The translations under genes and the position numbers were made by a program. From positions 640,001 to 704,000 of the forward strand of contig CAVTBR010000001.1 in NCBI GenBank assembly GCA_963733055.1: a DNA stretch of 64,000 nucleotides, given 5' to 3'. Below the pieces are notes generated by a model. It was not told where the DNA came from. It worked only from the letters and a program-made list of their open reading frames with translations, and ran no database searches. Origin of the DNA: Candidatus Bathyarchaeota archaeon. Its GTDB lineage: Archaea > Thermoproteota > Bathyarchaeia > 40CM-2-53-6. This document shows, in pieces, positions 38,452 to 47,752 of the stretch. Position 1 is the stretch's first letter. The number at the start of each line of letters is the position of its first letter.

Positions 38452-39102
38452 TCAAAGCTTCGGCAGAACGTATTGTGTGATTAGGTAGAGCGCCACGAAA
38501 TAAACCAATAACAGTACAAGCGAAATTGCGAGGTTCTTCTTCCAGTTAGGGCTCCAAGCTATCCCGAACGGTATCCCCAACGAGAAGCCGATGACGTGTG
38601 AGACATAGGCGACATTGCTCTGAAGGCTGAAGTAAACAGCCAACGCATTGTACAAGAAATATACTATCGCCACCATTCCGACGGGCATCAAGAGCAGCCA
38701 AGAGAACCGTAGGGGCTTCAACAACATCACTACGGCCGCCAAAGTGAATATTGCAGCCGACGCGCCCACAAACGTGGAGTTAGGAGGAAAGAACGGAAGG
38801 CTAAGTGGGAAACTAAGAAGGCCTCCAACGAAGAACACAATCAGCATTTTCTTCGAATTCGTAACGCTCTCCAACGTGTTGCCGAATACGTATAGAAAGA
38901 TCATATTGCCAAGTAGATGAATCAGGCTCGCGTGCACGAAAATTGCGGTTACTAGAGTCCATACCCTCCCCTCTTGCATATTCTTAAGACTGAAGACCAA
39001 GTTGCGTTCAACGCTAGTCGGATCCGCCCAGTAGAGGGCATAGAGAGTAGCGACAGTACAGATCAAGATCAGAACATTGGTGGCCCTCATGAGTGAGAAC
39101 AC
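38452..39102 (-). CDS. Rhomboid intramembrane serine protease
   Basis: HASLIHLLGNM, VGASAAIF (GxS), VAYVSHVIGF. Confidence 0.9.
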   Translation of the reverse strand: MFSLMRATNVLILICTVATLYALYWADPTSVERNLVFSLKNMQEGRVWTLVTAIFVHASLIHLLGNMIFLYVFGNTLESVTNSKKMLIVFFVGGLLSFPLSLPFFPPNSTFVGASAAIFTLAAVVMLLKPLRFSWLLLMPVGMVAIVYFLYNALAVYFSLQSNVAYVSHVIGFSLGIPFGIAWSPNWKKNLAISLVLLLVYFVALYLITQYVLPKL

Positions 39103-39121
39103 GAATCCGGCAATGGACGCT

Positions 39122-39829
39122 ATGAATCAAAGCCTCCACCAAAAAAGTTTCTCTAACATTCTTCTGCTCATTCCAACGCGGAACGAGGAAGCAGCAGTCG
39201 GAAGCCTTGTTGTGGAAGCGCGCCAATCAGGCTTCACCAACATACTTGTGGTAGATGGGTTCAGCACCGACGCCACACGAAAGAACGCTGCAGCCGCGGG
39301 TGCAACGGTCATGGAGCAGGAGTTCGGCAGAGGGAAAGGATGTGGAGTAAGGACGGGGATGAAACTATTTCTTCAAAGCAGCAGCGATTTGCTTGCCATC
39401 ATAGACGGAGATGGAACAAACATTCCATCGAATTTGAAAGAGATGATTCCTCTCATCGAAGACGCCCGAGCCGACGTGGTTCTTGGCTCACGAACGTGCG
39501 GCAAGAGAGATTCCCGCTCCATGAACCTATTGTCTATTGCCTCCAACCTAACCGTGTCATTCCTCTTAGGTGCGAAATTCAAACGACTCTTCACGGACGT
39601 GCAAACTGGGTACTGGCTCTTCTCAAGAGGAACGGTGGAGAGACTATACCCCTTAATTCATTCGACAGGCTTCGAGATTGAACTGGAACTCTTTGTTACA
39701 GCCCTCCGGGAGAAATTGTTGGTTTGTGAGATACCGGTCGGGTTTCGGTGCCGTATTGGGACGACAAAATTTAGTTTCGTATTGAGGCTGAGGAACCTGT
39801 ACTTCGCATTCAAGTATCTCCTATCGTGA
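39122..39829 (+). CDS. GT2 glycosyltransferase (AglJ/DPM1-like)
   Basis: IPTRNEE, VVDGFSTD, GKG, DGDGT, TDVQTGY, GFEIE. Confidence 0.85.
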   Translation: MNQSLHQKSFSNILLLIPTRNEEAAVGSLVVEARQSGFTNILVVDGFSTDATRKNAAAAGATVMEQEFGRGKGCGVRTGMKLFLQSSSDLLAIIDGDGTNIPSNLKEMIPLIEDARADVVLGSRTCGKRDSRSMNLLSIASNLTVSFLLGAKFKRLFTDVQTGYWLFSRGTVERLYPLIHSTGFEIELELFVTALREKLLVCEIPVGFRCRIGTTKFSFVLRLRNLYFAFKYLLS

Positions 39830-39846
39830 ACTACCACAATCGATAG

Positions 39847-40260
39847 GTGCCCAGATTGTCCGCCCGAACGGTCATCGGCGTTCTGATGTCGATATTCGGT
39901 TTGTTACTGCTTTTGTACAGTGGCTACGAATTTAACAACCTTTTCTTCATCGATAGGATGCTTGCCGTTTCTGATATTCCAGCCTACAACAGCTTCGTTG
40001 TAACACCATTCCTACTTGGAATCCTAGCCCAATTGGATGGGTCCGTAGTTTTGGGGCTAAAGCGCTCGTTCAGCCTAAGCCTTCACCTGCTTGGCAATCT
40101 TGTGTGGCTATATGCGCTCTACCTGCTCTACGACAACCTGGCAATTCCCATCGCTGACGTCGCAGCATATCATCAAGTCTTCTTGCTAAGTTTCTTGGGC
40201 TTGATCTTCTTCGTCATAGGTGTAATAGCCAACGACGTACCCAAACGCAAAACACCTTAA
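39847..40260 (+). CDS. Four-TM membrane protein of unknown function
   Basis: Four hydrophobic segments; co-oriented with the GT2 gene. Confidence 0.6.
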   Translation: MPRLSARTVIGVLMSIFGLLLLLYSGYEFNNLFFIDRMLAVSDIPAYNSFVVTPFLLGILAQLDGSVVLGLKRSFSLSLHLLGNLVWLYALYLLYDNLAIPIADVAAYHQVFLLSFLGLIFFVIGVIANDVPKRKTP

Positions 40261-40865
40261 CAACGAAATCTCCGTTCCCTCGCGCTTCTCCTTGACACAT
40301 GTGCGTTCCCTTTGAGATAGAATCTCCAGAATCTATTCAGGCCCTCTCGGATTCCCACTCGAGGCGAACTCCAAATCTCCAAGTCGTTTTTCCGGGAATC
40401 TCCAATGAAAAGCGGCCCGCCGATGGTCATATCCTGCTCATTCAGCGACTTATCTATCGCAAAAGCCTGGGTAAGCTTACCAGGGCCGTTCGTCAACTCA
40501 GAATCCAGCACATTCGGTCTGAAACGCCTCATTGCGTTAATTCCTTCTACAGGCTCAAGGGCTCGGAGTAAGACCGCTCCAGGAGTTCCGGCCTTCTGCG
40601 TTGTAACGTTCAAACAAAAATGATGCCCGTAGGTGAAGTAAACGTAAGCGTGTCCCGGCTCTCCAAACATGGGTGCATTGCGAGGAGTCAAACCCCGAAA
40701 GGCGTGACTTGCCGGATCATCGTGTCCCCGATATGCCTCGACTTCCACAATTCGACCAGTCAAGCGTTCATGGCCCTTCAATCTAATGAGATATTTTCCC
40801 AGAAGATCAGGAGCAACTTTCACGGTGTCCCTCGCGAAGAAGGTTGAAGGGAGTAGTTTAGCCAT
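40257..40865 (-). CDS. mpg: 3-methyladenine DNA glycosylase (MPG/AAG family)
   Basis: RIVEVEAY, DPASH, YVYFTYG.H.CLN, AVLLRA, NGPGKL, PRVGI. Confidence 0.93.
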   Translation of the reverse strand: MAKLLPSTFFARDTVKVAPDLLGKYLIRLKGHERLTGRIVEVEAYRGHDDPASHAFRGLTPRNAPMFGEPGHAYVYFTYGHHFCLNVTTQKAGTPGAVLLRALEPVEGINAMRRFRPNVLDSELTNGPGKLTQAFAIDKSLNEQDMTIGGPLFIGDSRKNDLEIWSSPRVGIREGLNRFWRFYLKGNAHVSRRSARERRFRC

Positions 40866-40996
40866 GCAATCGCTTCCCTACGACGTGCATTTGATTCCCC
40901 TCAAGGCAATACTTATTTCTAAACCACCAATACCGCGTGCCAACTCGCGAAACAGCAGTGTTAACGAATCAAATTCGAAAATGGACTTTGAATCAT

Positions 40997-41548
40997 ATGG
41001 ACAAGAAACGGATGGAGAATATAACAGCATCACTGATCGAAGCCATCGGTGAAAACCCCAAGCGCGAAGGCCTCAGAGATACGCCTCGGAGAGTGGCTGA
41101 TATGTTCGCTGAACTCACCGAAGGCTACTCTATGAATCCGAAGGAGATTCTATCGAGAGAGTGGAGCGAAGTCAGCGGCATGGTTGTAGCAAAAGAGATC
41201 GGGTTCTTCAGCCTCTGTGAGCATCATATTCTCCCGTTCTATGGAAAAGTGCACATTGGCTACATCCCTTCTAAGGCGGTTGTTGGCTTGTCGAAACTCG
41301 TTAGGGTGGTTGATTGCTTCAGTAAGAGGCTTCAACTCCAGGAACGAATGACGAAGCAGATTGCTGACGCAATAAATGAAAGCCTGAAGCCGCACGGCGT
41401 TGTGGTCGTGGTTCAGGCTAGGCATTTGTGTATGGAGATGCGGGGAGTAAAGAGCGGGGCCGACATACTTACCTCGGAAATCCGAGGCCAGTTTGAGAAA
41501 TTTGAAACTCGTAATGAGTTCTTTAACATGCTCCGCAAAGAGGTCTAG
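40997..41548 (+). CDS. folE: GTP cyclohydrolase I
   Basis: REGL.DTP.RV, SLCEHH, GLSKL, RLQLQER, HLCM.MRG. Confidence 0.95.
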   Translation: MDKKRMENITASLIEAIGENPKREGLRDTPRRVADMFAELTEGYSMNPKEILSREWSEVSGMVVAKEIGFFSLCEHHILPFYGKVHIGYIPSKAVVGLSKLVRVVDCFSKRLQLQERMTKQIADAINESLKPHGVVVVVQARHLCMEMRGVKSGADILTSEIRGQFEKFETRNEFFNMLRKEV

Positions 41549-41553
41549 AGGAA

Positions 41554-41892
41554 TTGTCCCACCCAGCGGAACCCGATGTGGCACGCCTATATCGTCGCGA
41601 ATTTGCGGCCGCCCACATAATAGCTGGACACCCCAAGTGCGGCCGCCAGCATGGCCACAATTACACGCTTCTAACCAAGGTCTATGGTAGTAGCCAAGAA
41701 TGGCTAGATTTTGAGGACATCAAGCGAACCGTGGACGGGTTCATTGACGAACATTATGATCACCGGGACATGGGGAACATGACCTGTGAATCCCTGGCGC
41801 GGCACCTACAAGAACAGCTCAGTATCCTGTTCAAGACTAGGGTCAAAATTGAGCTATGGGAGACTGGAAAATTCGGCGTCGAGACTGCGTAA
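41554..41892 (+). CDS. queD: 6-carboxytetrahydropterin synthase/PTPS family
   Basis: FAAAH, CGRQHGHNY, DF, DH, TCESLA, WET. Confidence 0.85.
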   Translation: MSHPAEPDVARLYRREFAAAHIIAGHPKCGRQHGHNYTLLTKVYGSSQEWLDFEDIKRTVDGFIDEHYDHRDMGNMTCESLARHLQEQLSILFKTRVKIELWETGKFGVETA

Positions 41893-41928
41893 ATTCGCCT
41901 ACAAACTTGCAATTTTCCGTATTCTAAC

Positions 41929-42348
41929 TTAGTACTTTTCCACTTCTCCGCGTACTTGACCTGCCTTCAGAAGGGCGAAGTGGTGAACGTCAGTGGGGAC
42001 GCGTAGTTTACCTGTGTTGTGGATTCGATCAATCTTCTGGAACGCTTCCCGGTCAACGTCTTTGTCGAATGTTAGTTCTCCACTGTTCTCGAGGTGGAAG
42101 TTTCCAAGTTCCTTATGGAGCCCCATGATGTCGGCCTTGGAGAGGAGGACTGAACCAGCGATCACTAACCTTTTCGTGTCAAATACATCGGGGCTTTCCG
42201 ATGGAGACTGATGCATATATTGGGTCAAGGCCTCGTTTACGAGGTCTGCAACGTTCTTTCCTTGTTGCTTTGCTTTGGCTACCACGTTGTTGTAAGTATC
42301 CCGATCTAACCCGCGAATCAGGACAGCATTGTTTGCCATGTTAGCCAT
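41929..42348 (-). CDS. Protein with an N-terminal ribbon-helix-helix DNA-binding domain
   Basis: VLIRGLDRDTY..VVAKAKQQGKNVADLVNEAL fits an RHH pattern; the C-terminal domain is unknown. Confidence 0.65.
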   Translation of the reverse strand: MANMANNAVLIRGLDRDTYNNVVAKAKQQGKNVADLVNEALTQYMHQSPSESPDVFDTKRLVIAGSVLLSKADIMGLHKELGNFHLENSGELTFDKDVDREAFQKIDRIHNTGKLRVPTDVHHFALLKAGQVRGEVEKY

Positions 42349-42460
42349 CTCACAAAGTTACCGTGCTTAATTTGATATCTTGATTACATTGATAACATCG
42401 CTTTCTTATAAATCTTGTTAATTCTAATAACACCCGTTAACTTGTATTATGTGATTGCCT

Positions 42461-42478
42461 CGTTTGCACATGCAAACG
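42461..42478. promoter_or_regulatory. Inverted repeat CGTTTGCA-CA-TGCAAACG, candidate operator
   Basis: Perfect 8-bp arms ending 4 bp before the ATG at 42483, in the divergent intergenic region next to the RHH gene. Confidence 0.45.
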
Positions 42479-42482
42479 TGGC

Positions 42483-42683
42483 ATGGGCCAGAAAAAAGGA
42501 GGAAAAACAAGTTTGGTTGAAGACCTGGAAAGATTACTGTTCGAAGAAATCCCTGAGATGGAGACCCCTGGTATCAAGCGATGCGAGTGGTGCAAACAAC
42601 CCCTACCTAACGACCGGTACCACCTGAAGATATGCCCCCAGTGCCGCAAGGAATCCATCGACATCTTCATGAAAGCGCACTAG
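42483..42683 (+). CDS. Small zinc-finger protein
   Basis: 66 aa with CEWC...CPQC. Confidence 0.65.
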   Translation: MGQKKGGKTSLVEDLERLLFEEIPEMETPGIKRCEWCKQPLPNDRYHLKICPQCRKESIDIFMKAH

Positions 42684-42982
42684 AACCCCGTTTCAACACG
42701 GGGATCTCCCCTCCGAACAGGAATATCGAACACAAATCACCAATTTTGAATATCATTTATCCGTTCACGTATGATTCGATACTTCCACATCCATCATAGC
42801 GGCCGGACAACGCCCTCAGTTCACGTCCAAGGGATCCGGAAAAGATAACCGAGTTTTGTACGTGTCCCAAGATTCGTTTGACATTTACAAGATGCGAAAG
42901 ACAACTAACGGGCGGGGGTGATCTCTCTGGCTTTGAGGTCATCTAAGTTTTCGTTCAATGATCTAGCTGGATCGGAGTGAGG

Positions 42983-43528
42983 TCATTTTACTATGGATTC
43001 GAGTGGGACGTAGGTGTCGGTGTCATGAACGGCACCAAGTTTGGCGATTTTGTTCTCGACGAGAGAAGCTATTCTTTTGGGTGGGGGATTTACGAAGCTT
43101 TTTTCAACCTCCAGTTCAGCCAGGACATCCGCTTTTCCGAAAAGCAGGTAGACGCCACGGACCTCTGGCAAGGCCAGCAATTTGCTCATTAGTTCTTTTT
43201 CCTTGCCTGCCTCGCTCATGACAAAGACGAAGCCCTTCTGGGTCGGGCGTTCAGGCGCGGTTGAGGGACGAACCTCCGCCTCGATAGGTATGATCGTTCT
43301 CGTGTCGATAATGCCGCCAGCCTTCCTCACCTTATCAATGACAACCTCGGCAACTCGTTGCCTCGGGTCAATCTCCGTTTCCTCGGATTCGAGGGCTACC
43401 AATAGGTCGAATTTGCCTGTAATCAGATGAATCTCGCGAACTTCGGGCAGAGCCTTGAAGCGATCAAGGATCTCCCTTTCCATCCCCGGTTTCGTCTTTA
43501 CGAGAAGAAAACTCCTCAAATTAACCAC
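42983..43528 (-). CDS. Tandem Lrp/AsnC ligand-binding (RAM) domain protein without an HTH
   Basis: Two copies of F.LV....G.E.E.......LPEV..(I/V)..(I/L).GK.D.L...(T.T..P). Confidence 0.8.
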   Translation of the reverse strand: MVNLRSFLLVKTKPGMEREILDRFKALPEVREIHLITGKFDLLVALESEETEIDPRQRVAEVVIDKVRKAGGIIDTRTIIPIEAEVRPSTAPERPTQKGFVFVMSEAGKEKELMSKLLALPEVRGVYLLFGKADVLAELEVEKSFVNPPPKRIASLVENKIAKLGAVHDTDTYVPLESIVK

Positions 43529-43764
43529 TAACTCTCAGTTCGACGGGGTCTTGACGTTTTAGCGTCATATAAGGTTTGGAGAAATCACGACCCTCCAAAA
43601 CTTGGGCCTCATGACAGGAAACCGGAACCCGATCAAACGTGATTTCCTAATCTGCGATTCATTGCTAAGAATCGATCATTTCTCCGCGCCGACTGGTTGG
43701 ACCTGAACGAATCATCCACAATCCGTTTTATTCAGAATATTATCGATGCGTCGAGGTGAATGCG

Positions 43765-43905
43765 ATGGTTTCAGCTGGTCTGATATTCCTGGGTTTACTG
43801 ATCAGAACGATCCTCGGTGCCGCAGTTGTCGTTGCATTAGTCTGGTTGATCTTCAAACTCGGTAAACTGGCGGAAGCATACACTAAGAAGCTTCAGCCAA
43901 AGTAG
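43765..43905 (+). CDS. 46-aa membrane microprotein (below the ORF-track cutoff)
   Basis: MVSAGLIFLGLLIRTILGAAVVVALVWLIFKLGKLAEAYTKKLQPK. It has a GAGGTGA SD at 43753, and its stop abuts the next gene. Confidence 0.7.
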   Translation: MVSAGLIFLGLLIRTILGAAVVVALVWLIFKLGKLAEAYTKKLQPK

Positions 43906-44562
43906 GTGAACTTTGCCATGTTCTGTTCTAACTGCGGTGCCGAACTACCGACTGGAGCTCAAACCTGCTCGGGATGCGGCATGGCGACCACCCGGCTCTC
44001 GCCCATTTCCCCAACTGCACCGGAGAACACCGACCAGATAATTGCCGAGAATCCTTCATCTGATCTACAGCAGGTTCAATCCTCAATCCCGCTTAATGAT
44101 GGTGAAAGAATTCTTTGGCATAAGGAGACCACTCGAGGGTTGGTCCATAAGGAGGTAGTTATGGAGGAGGCGGTTACGAACAAGCGCTGCCTGAAATACA
44201 ACACGGAGAGCAAGCAGACCGTTGCTCAAATAGGAATGACACACTGGCCTGAGGTTGTAATAATGAACCTCCACAGGATCAACGACTCCCTCGGAGGTGG
44301 CGTATTTCTGACCCCTCGGATGTTCGGGCTACCAGGACTAGGCGGCTTTGGAGTTTACGGAGGGCCCAGGCGCGGGACGCTCAAGGTTTTCGGGGACATT
44401 TCCTTCCTTAGCGAGGGCAAGGTGATTATGACTTTCGAGAACGTGAAGGACCCGCAAGGGGTTAAGCAATTGGTGGAAGCGTTGAAACGTCAAGAAGGCT
44501 TTCAGGGTCCGGCTAGGGTCCGTCCTTGGTTAGGGCCACGGTTTAGGCCTCGGCAGCAGTAG
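43906..44562 (+). CDS. Zinc-ribbon domain protein with a PH-like C-terminal domain
   Basis: MFCSNCG...CSGCG; L..GE.ILW, VTNKR, GDI.F, F.NV.DP..VK. The ATG at 43918 is the likely start. Confidence 0.65.
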   Translation: MNFAMFCSNCGAELPTGAQTCSGCGMATTRLSPISPTAPENTDQIIAENPSSDLQQVQSSIPLNDGERILWHKETTRGLVHKEVVMEEAVTNKRCLKYNTESKQTVAQIGMTHWPEVVIMNLHRINDSLGGGVFLTPRMFGLPGLGGFGVYGGPRRGTLKVFGDISFLSEGKVIMTFENVKDPQGVKQLVEALKRQEGFQGPARVRPWLGPRFRPRQQ

Positions 44563-44620
44563 AGCAATTCACGTTATGGTTGCTGTTGATATGGAATAGA
44601 TGGGGAGCGTAGCGTCTTTC

Positions 44621-45772
44621 TCAACTAGCCAGCAAGGAGTGGTTTGCAGCCGCCACCGCGGATCCTGGTTGAAACCGGTACCCCTGCTTCTGGAGTGACC
44701 CTTCAACTGCCGAAAGGGTGGATAGGATATCGCTTCTGTTTACATTGCCCATATGCCCGACCCTGAATGCCTTATCCTTCAGTGGCCCCAACTCACCTGC
44801 AACAACAACGCCATAATCCTCGGCCATCGATTTGCGAAATTCGACGTCACTAACTCCCTTGGGATGATATGCAACGGTGAGAGTGTTTGATGCTACCGAA
44901 TCTTCACATAGAAGCTGAAGTCCCATTGCTTTGAGACCTGCGCGGAACGCGGTAGCGAGTTTTGTGTGGCGTTTGAATCTCTCCTCTAACCCTTCGGTTA
45001 GGATCATCCTGCAGCTCTCGTGTAGAGCGTAGACCATGTTAACAGCTGGAGTTGCGAAGTACTTCGTAGGTTCTTGAAGTATAGGCAGCCAACGCTTGAT
45101 GTCTCCGTAGTAGGTTGACGGCGGGGTTCTGCGTTTCTCCCTAGCCTCGAGAGCTTTCGAGTCAAAGGAGACTACCGTCATGCCTGGTGGTGCCGCGAGG
45201 GCTTTCTGTGATCCGGTGAAACAAACATTTATTCCCCAATCATCAACTCGAACATCCATCCCACCCATCGAACAAACCGAATCGACAACAAGCAACACCC
45301 CCTTCGCCTTTGCCAACGATCCAAGTTCTTTAACTGGATTGGCTACGCCGGTTGAAGTGTCGACATGGACCACCATCGCAACCTTGTAACGGGTCTCTGA
45401 TAATTTCCTCTCGAAATCTTCCAAGCGTGCAGCTGAACCCCACGGCACTTCCAACTTGTCCACGTTAGCTCCGAGGTTGTTGGAAATCTCTGCGAGGCGG
45501 TCGCCGAAATATCCGGCTGAAATAGAGAGTACTTTGTCTCCGGGTTCAATTATGTTTGAAAGTGCGACTTCAGCTCCGAGGGTACCCGTCCCCGCCAACG
45601 GGAGTATAGTCCCCTTCGTCTGGAATATTTTGCCGAGATCGGCAACGGTTTCCTTGAACATCGTCGCGAACGTCGTACTTGTGTGGGAGAGCGTGGGACG
45701 GGCCATCGAACGTAGAACCTTTGGGTCAACGTTCGTTGGGCCTGGAATCATTAGTAGATCACGTTCAGTCAT
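44621..45772 (-). CDS. Class V PLP aminotransferase (alanine-glyoxylate/serine-pyruvate type)
   Basis: LMIPGPT, GTGT, VHVDTSTG, VVDSV, TGSQKAL (PLP Lys), FRVGHMG. Confidence 0.92.
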   Translation of the reverse strand: MTERDLLMIPGPTNVDPKVLRSMARPTLSHTSTTFATMFKETVADLGKIFQTKGTILPLAGTGTLGAEVALSNIIEPGDKVLSISAGYFGDRLAEISNNLGANVDKLEVPWGSAARLEDFERKLSETRYKVAMVVHVDTSTGVANPVKELGSLAKAKGVLLVVDSVCSMGGMDVRVDDWGINVCFTGSQKALAAPPGMTVVSFDSKALEAREKRRTPPSTYYGDIKRWLPILQEPTKYFATPAVNMVYALHESCRMILTEGLEERFKRHTKLATAFRAGLKAMGLQLLCEDSVASNTLTVAYHPKGVSDVEFRKSMAEDYGVVVAGELGPLKDKAFRVGHMGNVNRSDILSTLSAVEGSLQKQGYRFQPGSAVAAANHSLLAS

Positions 45773-45922
45773 TACGAAGACCTCGACGTGCGTGGGCCGA
45801 CCAAACGAGATTAAGCTTTTCGCCGTATTGCAGGGATACTAATTACTGGAAGCTGTCCCTGGTGCGAGAAAGATGAGTCGGACCCACACTTATTATGCCC
45901 CGTAGGAAGATTTTTCGGCGGT

Positions 45923-46063
45923 GCCGGGGTAGCCTAGCTAGGTAAGGCGACAGAGTCCCAGCGGATACTTGGGACGTTGAGCCTCGAGATCTGCTAACAG
46001 TTTGGGCCAAGATAGCTGTTGGTCCTCTGGGCCTCGTGGGTTCAAATCCCACCCCCGGCGCCA
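45923..46063 (+). tRNA. tRNA-Ser(CGA) with two introns (30/31: 45954-45981; 37/38: 45989-46013) and encoded CCA
   Basis: Acceptor stem GCCGGGG/CCCCGGC-G-CCA; D arm GCCT..AGGC; after splicing, anticodon arm ACAGC-CTCGAGA-GCTGT; long variable arm; T arm GTGGG-TTCAAAT-CCCAC. Intron 1 forms a clean BHB. Confidence 0.85.
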
Positions 46064-46265
46064 AAAGATCAGATTATCGAGCATTCTGCTAACGAAACGA
46101 GCACGTCGTTTAGAGTGTGCGCACCATCCGACCCACCTATGATTAACATTAAGGATTAGTCAGCGTCACAATTCCGGGCTGCCATGGACCAGTTTCTAAC
46201 CGCCGGGTACGCATTTCTGTGCGCTGGGACAAATCATATCAGCGTTCACGACCTTCTACTGAGGC

Positions 46266-46634
46266 ATGCCAGTTGAAGACATAGTCAAGAACCATGACCT
46301 CCTAGCTAAAGTGATGAGCCACTACAGGCATCACCTCGAACAGTTGCATAATGACAAGGAACTCCAATCTTTCATGAGCAACGCGATGAAAGCAAATCTA
46401 ACCTTCAACCACACAATCAAACAAATCGAGCAAATCCTAGCAATCAAAGGGGCCAAAACCATGGAAGAAGCAAAGAAGCATGCGGGACTTCTGACCCTCG
46501 CCATCTCCCAATACGCAAAAGACCTCGAAGCCATCCTCGAAAAAGCGAAGACCCTCCTTCCCGATATACTGGAAGGCGACCTAACCCGCCTAGAAACTGA
46601 GCTAAAAACGGTAAAAGCCTACCTAACCCAATAG
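46266..46634 (+). CDS. Hypothetical alpha-helical protein
   Basis: 122-aa ORF with ATG and a heptad-like helical pattern. Confidence 0.6.
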   Translation: MPVEDIVKNHDLLAKVMSHYRHHLEQLHNDKELQSFMSNAMKANLTFNHTIKQIEQILAIKGAKTMEEAKKHAGLLTLAISQYAKDLEAILEKAKTLLPDILEGDLTRLETELKTVKAYLTQ

Positions 46635-46665
46635 GGCGAGCATATCTCGCCGTTCAATTCGAGAA

Positions 46666-47121
46666 TCATACCAGCGACTTTTCCTTCCAATTCCTTGTGT
46701 TCGGGGCACCGTCTTCGTAAGTGTTGGTCATGCACTCTTCGAGTTCGAACTCAAAAAAGATGTACCTCTCCTTCGGAGTGTAAGGGCATCCCTTGACTGC
46801 CAAGTCTCGGGTGGCTGAATCGGTCACTAAGTGTGCGCGACCGGCTATGGTGAATTCGCCGTTTGTTCCATTCATGTCAGTGACGAGCGAGTGTATGGCG
46901 TAAAGTCCGTTGCGTTGCAAATCGCGCCCTTTAGGAGAGGTAGGCTCCATGAAAGCAAAGAGGTGGCCTGATGCGACAAACGGAGTGAATGGATGAACTC
47001 TTGGATATCCGTTCTTGCGGACGGTTGCCAAATACATAACGTGGTATTCCAGTCTCTTCAATCCGAACTCTGCCATCTCTGGCTGAACTGTCGCGAATTC
47101 TTCCCACGTTAACAACTTCAC
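46666..47121 (-). CDS. Pyridoxamine 5'-phosphate oxidase-like (split-barrel) protein
   Basis: YLATVRKNGYPRVHP, SPK.RDL.RN..YAIHS. Confidence 0.8.
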   Translation of the reverse strand: MKLLTWEEFATVQPEMAEFGLKRLEYHVMYLATVRKNGYPRVHPFTPFVASGHLFAFMEPTSPKGRDLQRNGLYAIHSLVTDMNGTNGEFTIAGRAHLVTDSATRDLAVKGCPYTPKERYIFFEFELEECMTNTYEDGAPNTRNWKEKSLV

Positions 47122-47136
47122 TCGGGTGCCTCATCG

Positions 47137-47412
47137 CTATACTCTGGTGGGCAACTCTGCTGGGCACTTTTTCCCCAAACACGACAAATACTCAGGACAC
47201 TGTTCGTTTGTTTCCCGAAATGGCCAAAGTCCGTGTCGAGCTAGAATTACGTTGATTTCTTTCAGGTTCCTGGGTTCCCGGAAAGAGCCGAATCCTTCGA
47301 TGGATAGACGGTATTCTGAATTGCGAACCTTTACCTGAGCTTTGCTCTTCGGCATACCATTTTCAAGTACGCAGTCAAGGCGGTAAATCCCATCTGGACA
47401 TTTCGTCCACAT
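47137..47412 (-). CDS. Hypothetical protein
   Basis: 91-aa ORF ending 15 bp upstream of the co-oriented split-barrel gene; several Cys. Confidence 0.5.
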   Translation of the reverse strand: MWTKCPDGIYRLDCVLENGMPKSKAQVKVRNSEYRLSIEGFGSFREPRNLKEINVILARHGLWPFRETNEQCPEYLSCLGKKCPAELPTRV

Positions 47413-47752
47413 TTTCTTAGCACTCTCAGTTACCCTTCACGTAAGCGTGACGGGGGGTAACTTTTCCTTTCAAACATATTCATTTGCCATGAAGTAGTAT
47501 ATGGAGATTTACAGTCGTTACGGCAATCGGAAAGGAGTTACAAGAAGTCTGTTTTGTCAATTCTCCAGGAGGTCTCGTCTGTATGCAATTTTTCACGCAC
47601 CGAGAAAGATACCAACGGATTCGAAGCAAATTCAACTACCCTCCTTAAACCATCCATCCCCCACCACTTGCCTTCTGTCTCAATTGGACACGTTTTTGAC
47701 AAGCAGGTAAATCATAAAAGGAGAACACAGCTTCTAGGTTGACTGAGAAACT

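Noticed and set aside
37529-41892. ParB with folE and queD as a 7-deazaguanine DNA-modification (dpd) island
   Set aside because: No dpdA/tgt-like, queE or clear queC gene is adjacent, and the intervening genes are unrelated. Archaeosine or pterin synthesis is the simpler explanation.
45950-46019. Alternative tRNA parse with anticodon stem ACAGA/TCTGT, or a CAA (Leu) anticodon
   Set aside because: The BHB geometry supports the 30/31 junction giving ACAGC/GCTGT. The CAA lacks U33, and the G73 discriminator fits Ser.
45843-46064. 73-aa minus-strand ORF MAPGVGFEPT...
   Set aside because: It is the antisense reading of the tRNA gene.
45923-46700. Integrated element at the tRNA
   Set aside because: No integrase and no duplicated tRNA 3' end found in the window; the downstream genes look like ordinary small chromosomal genes.
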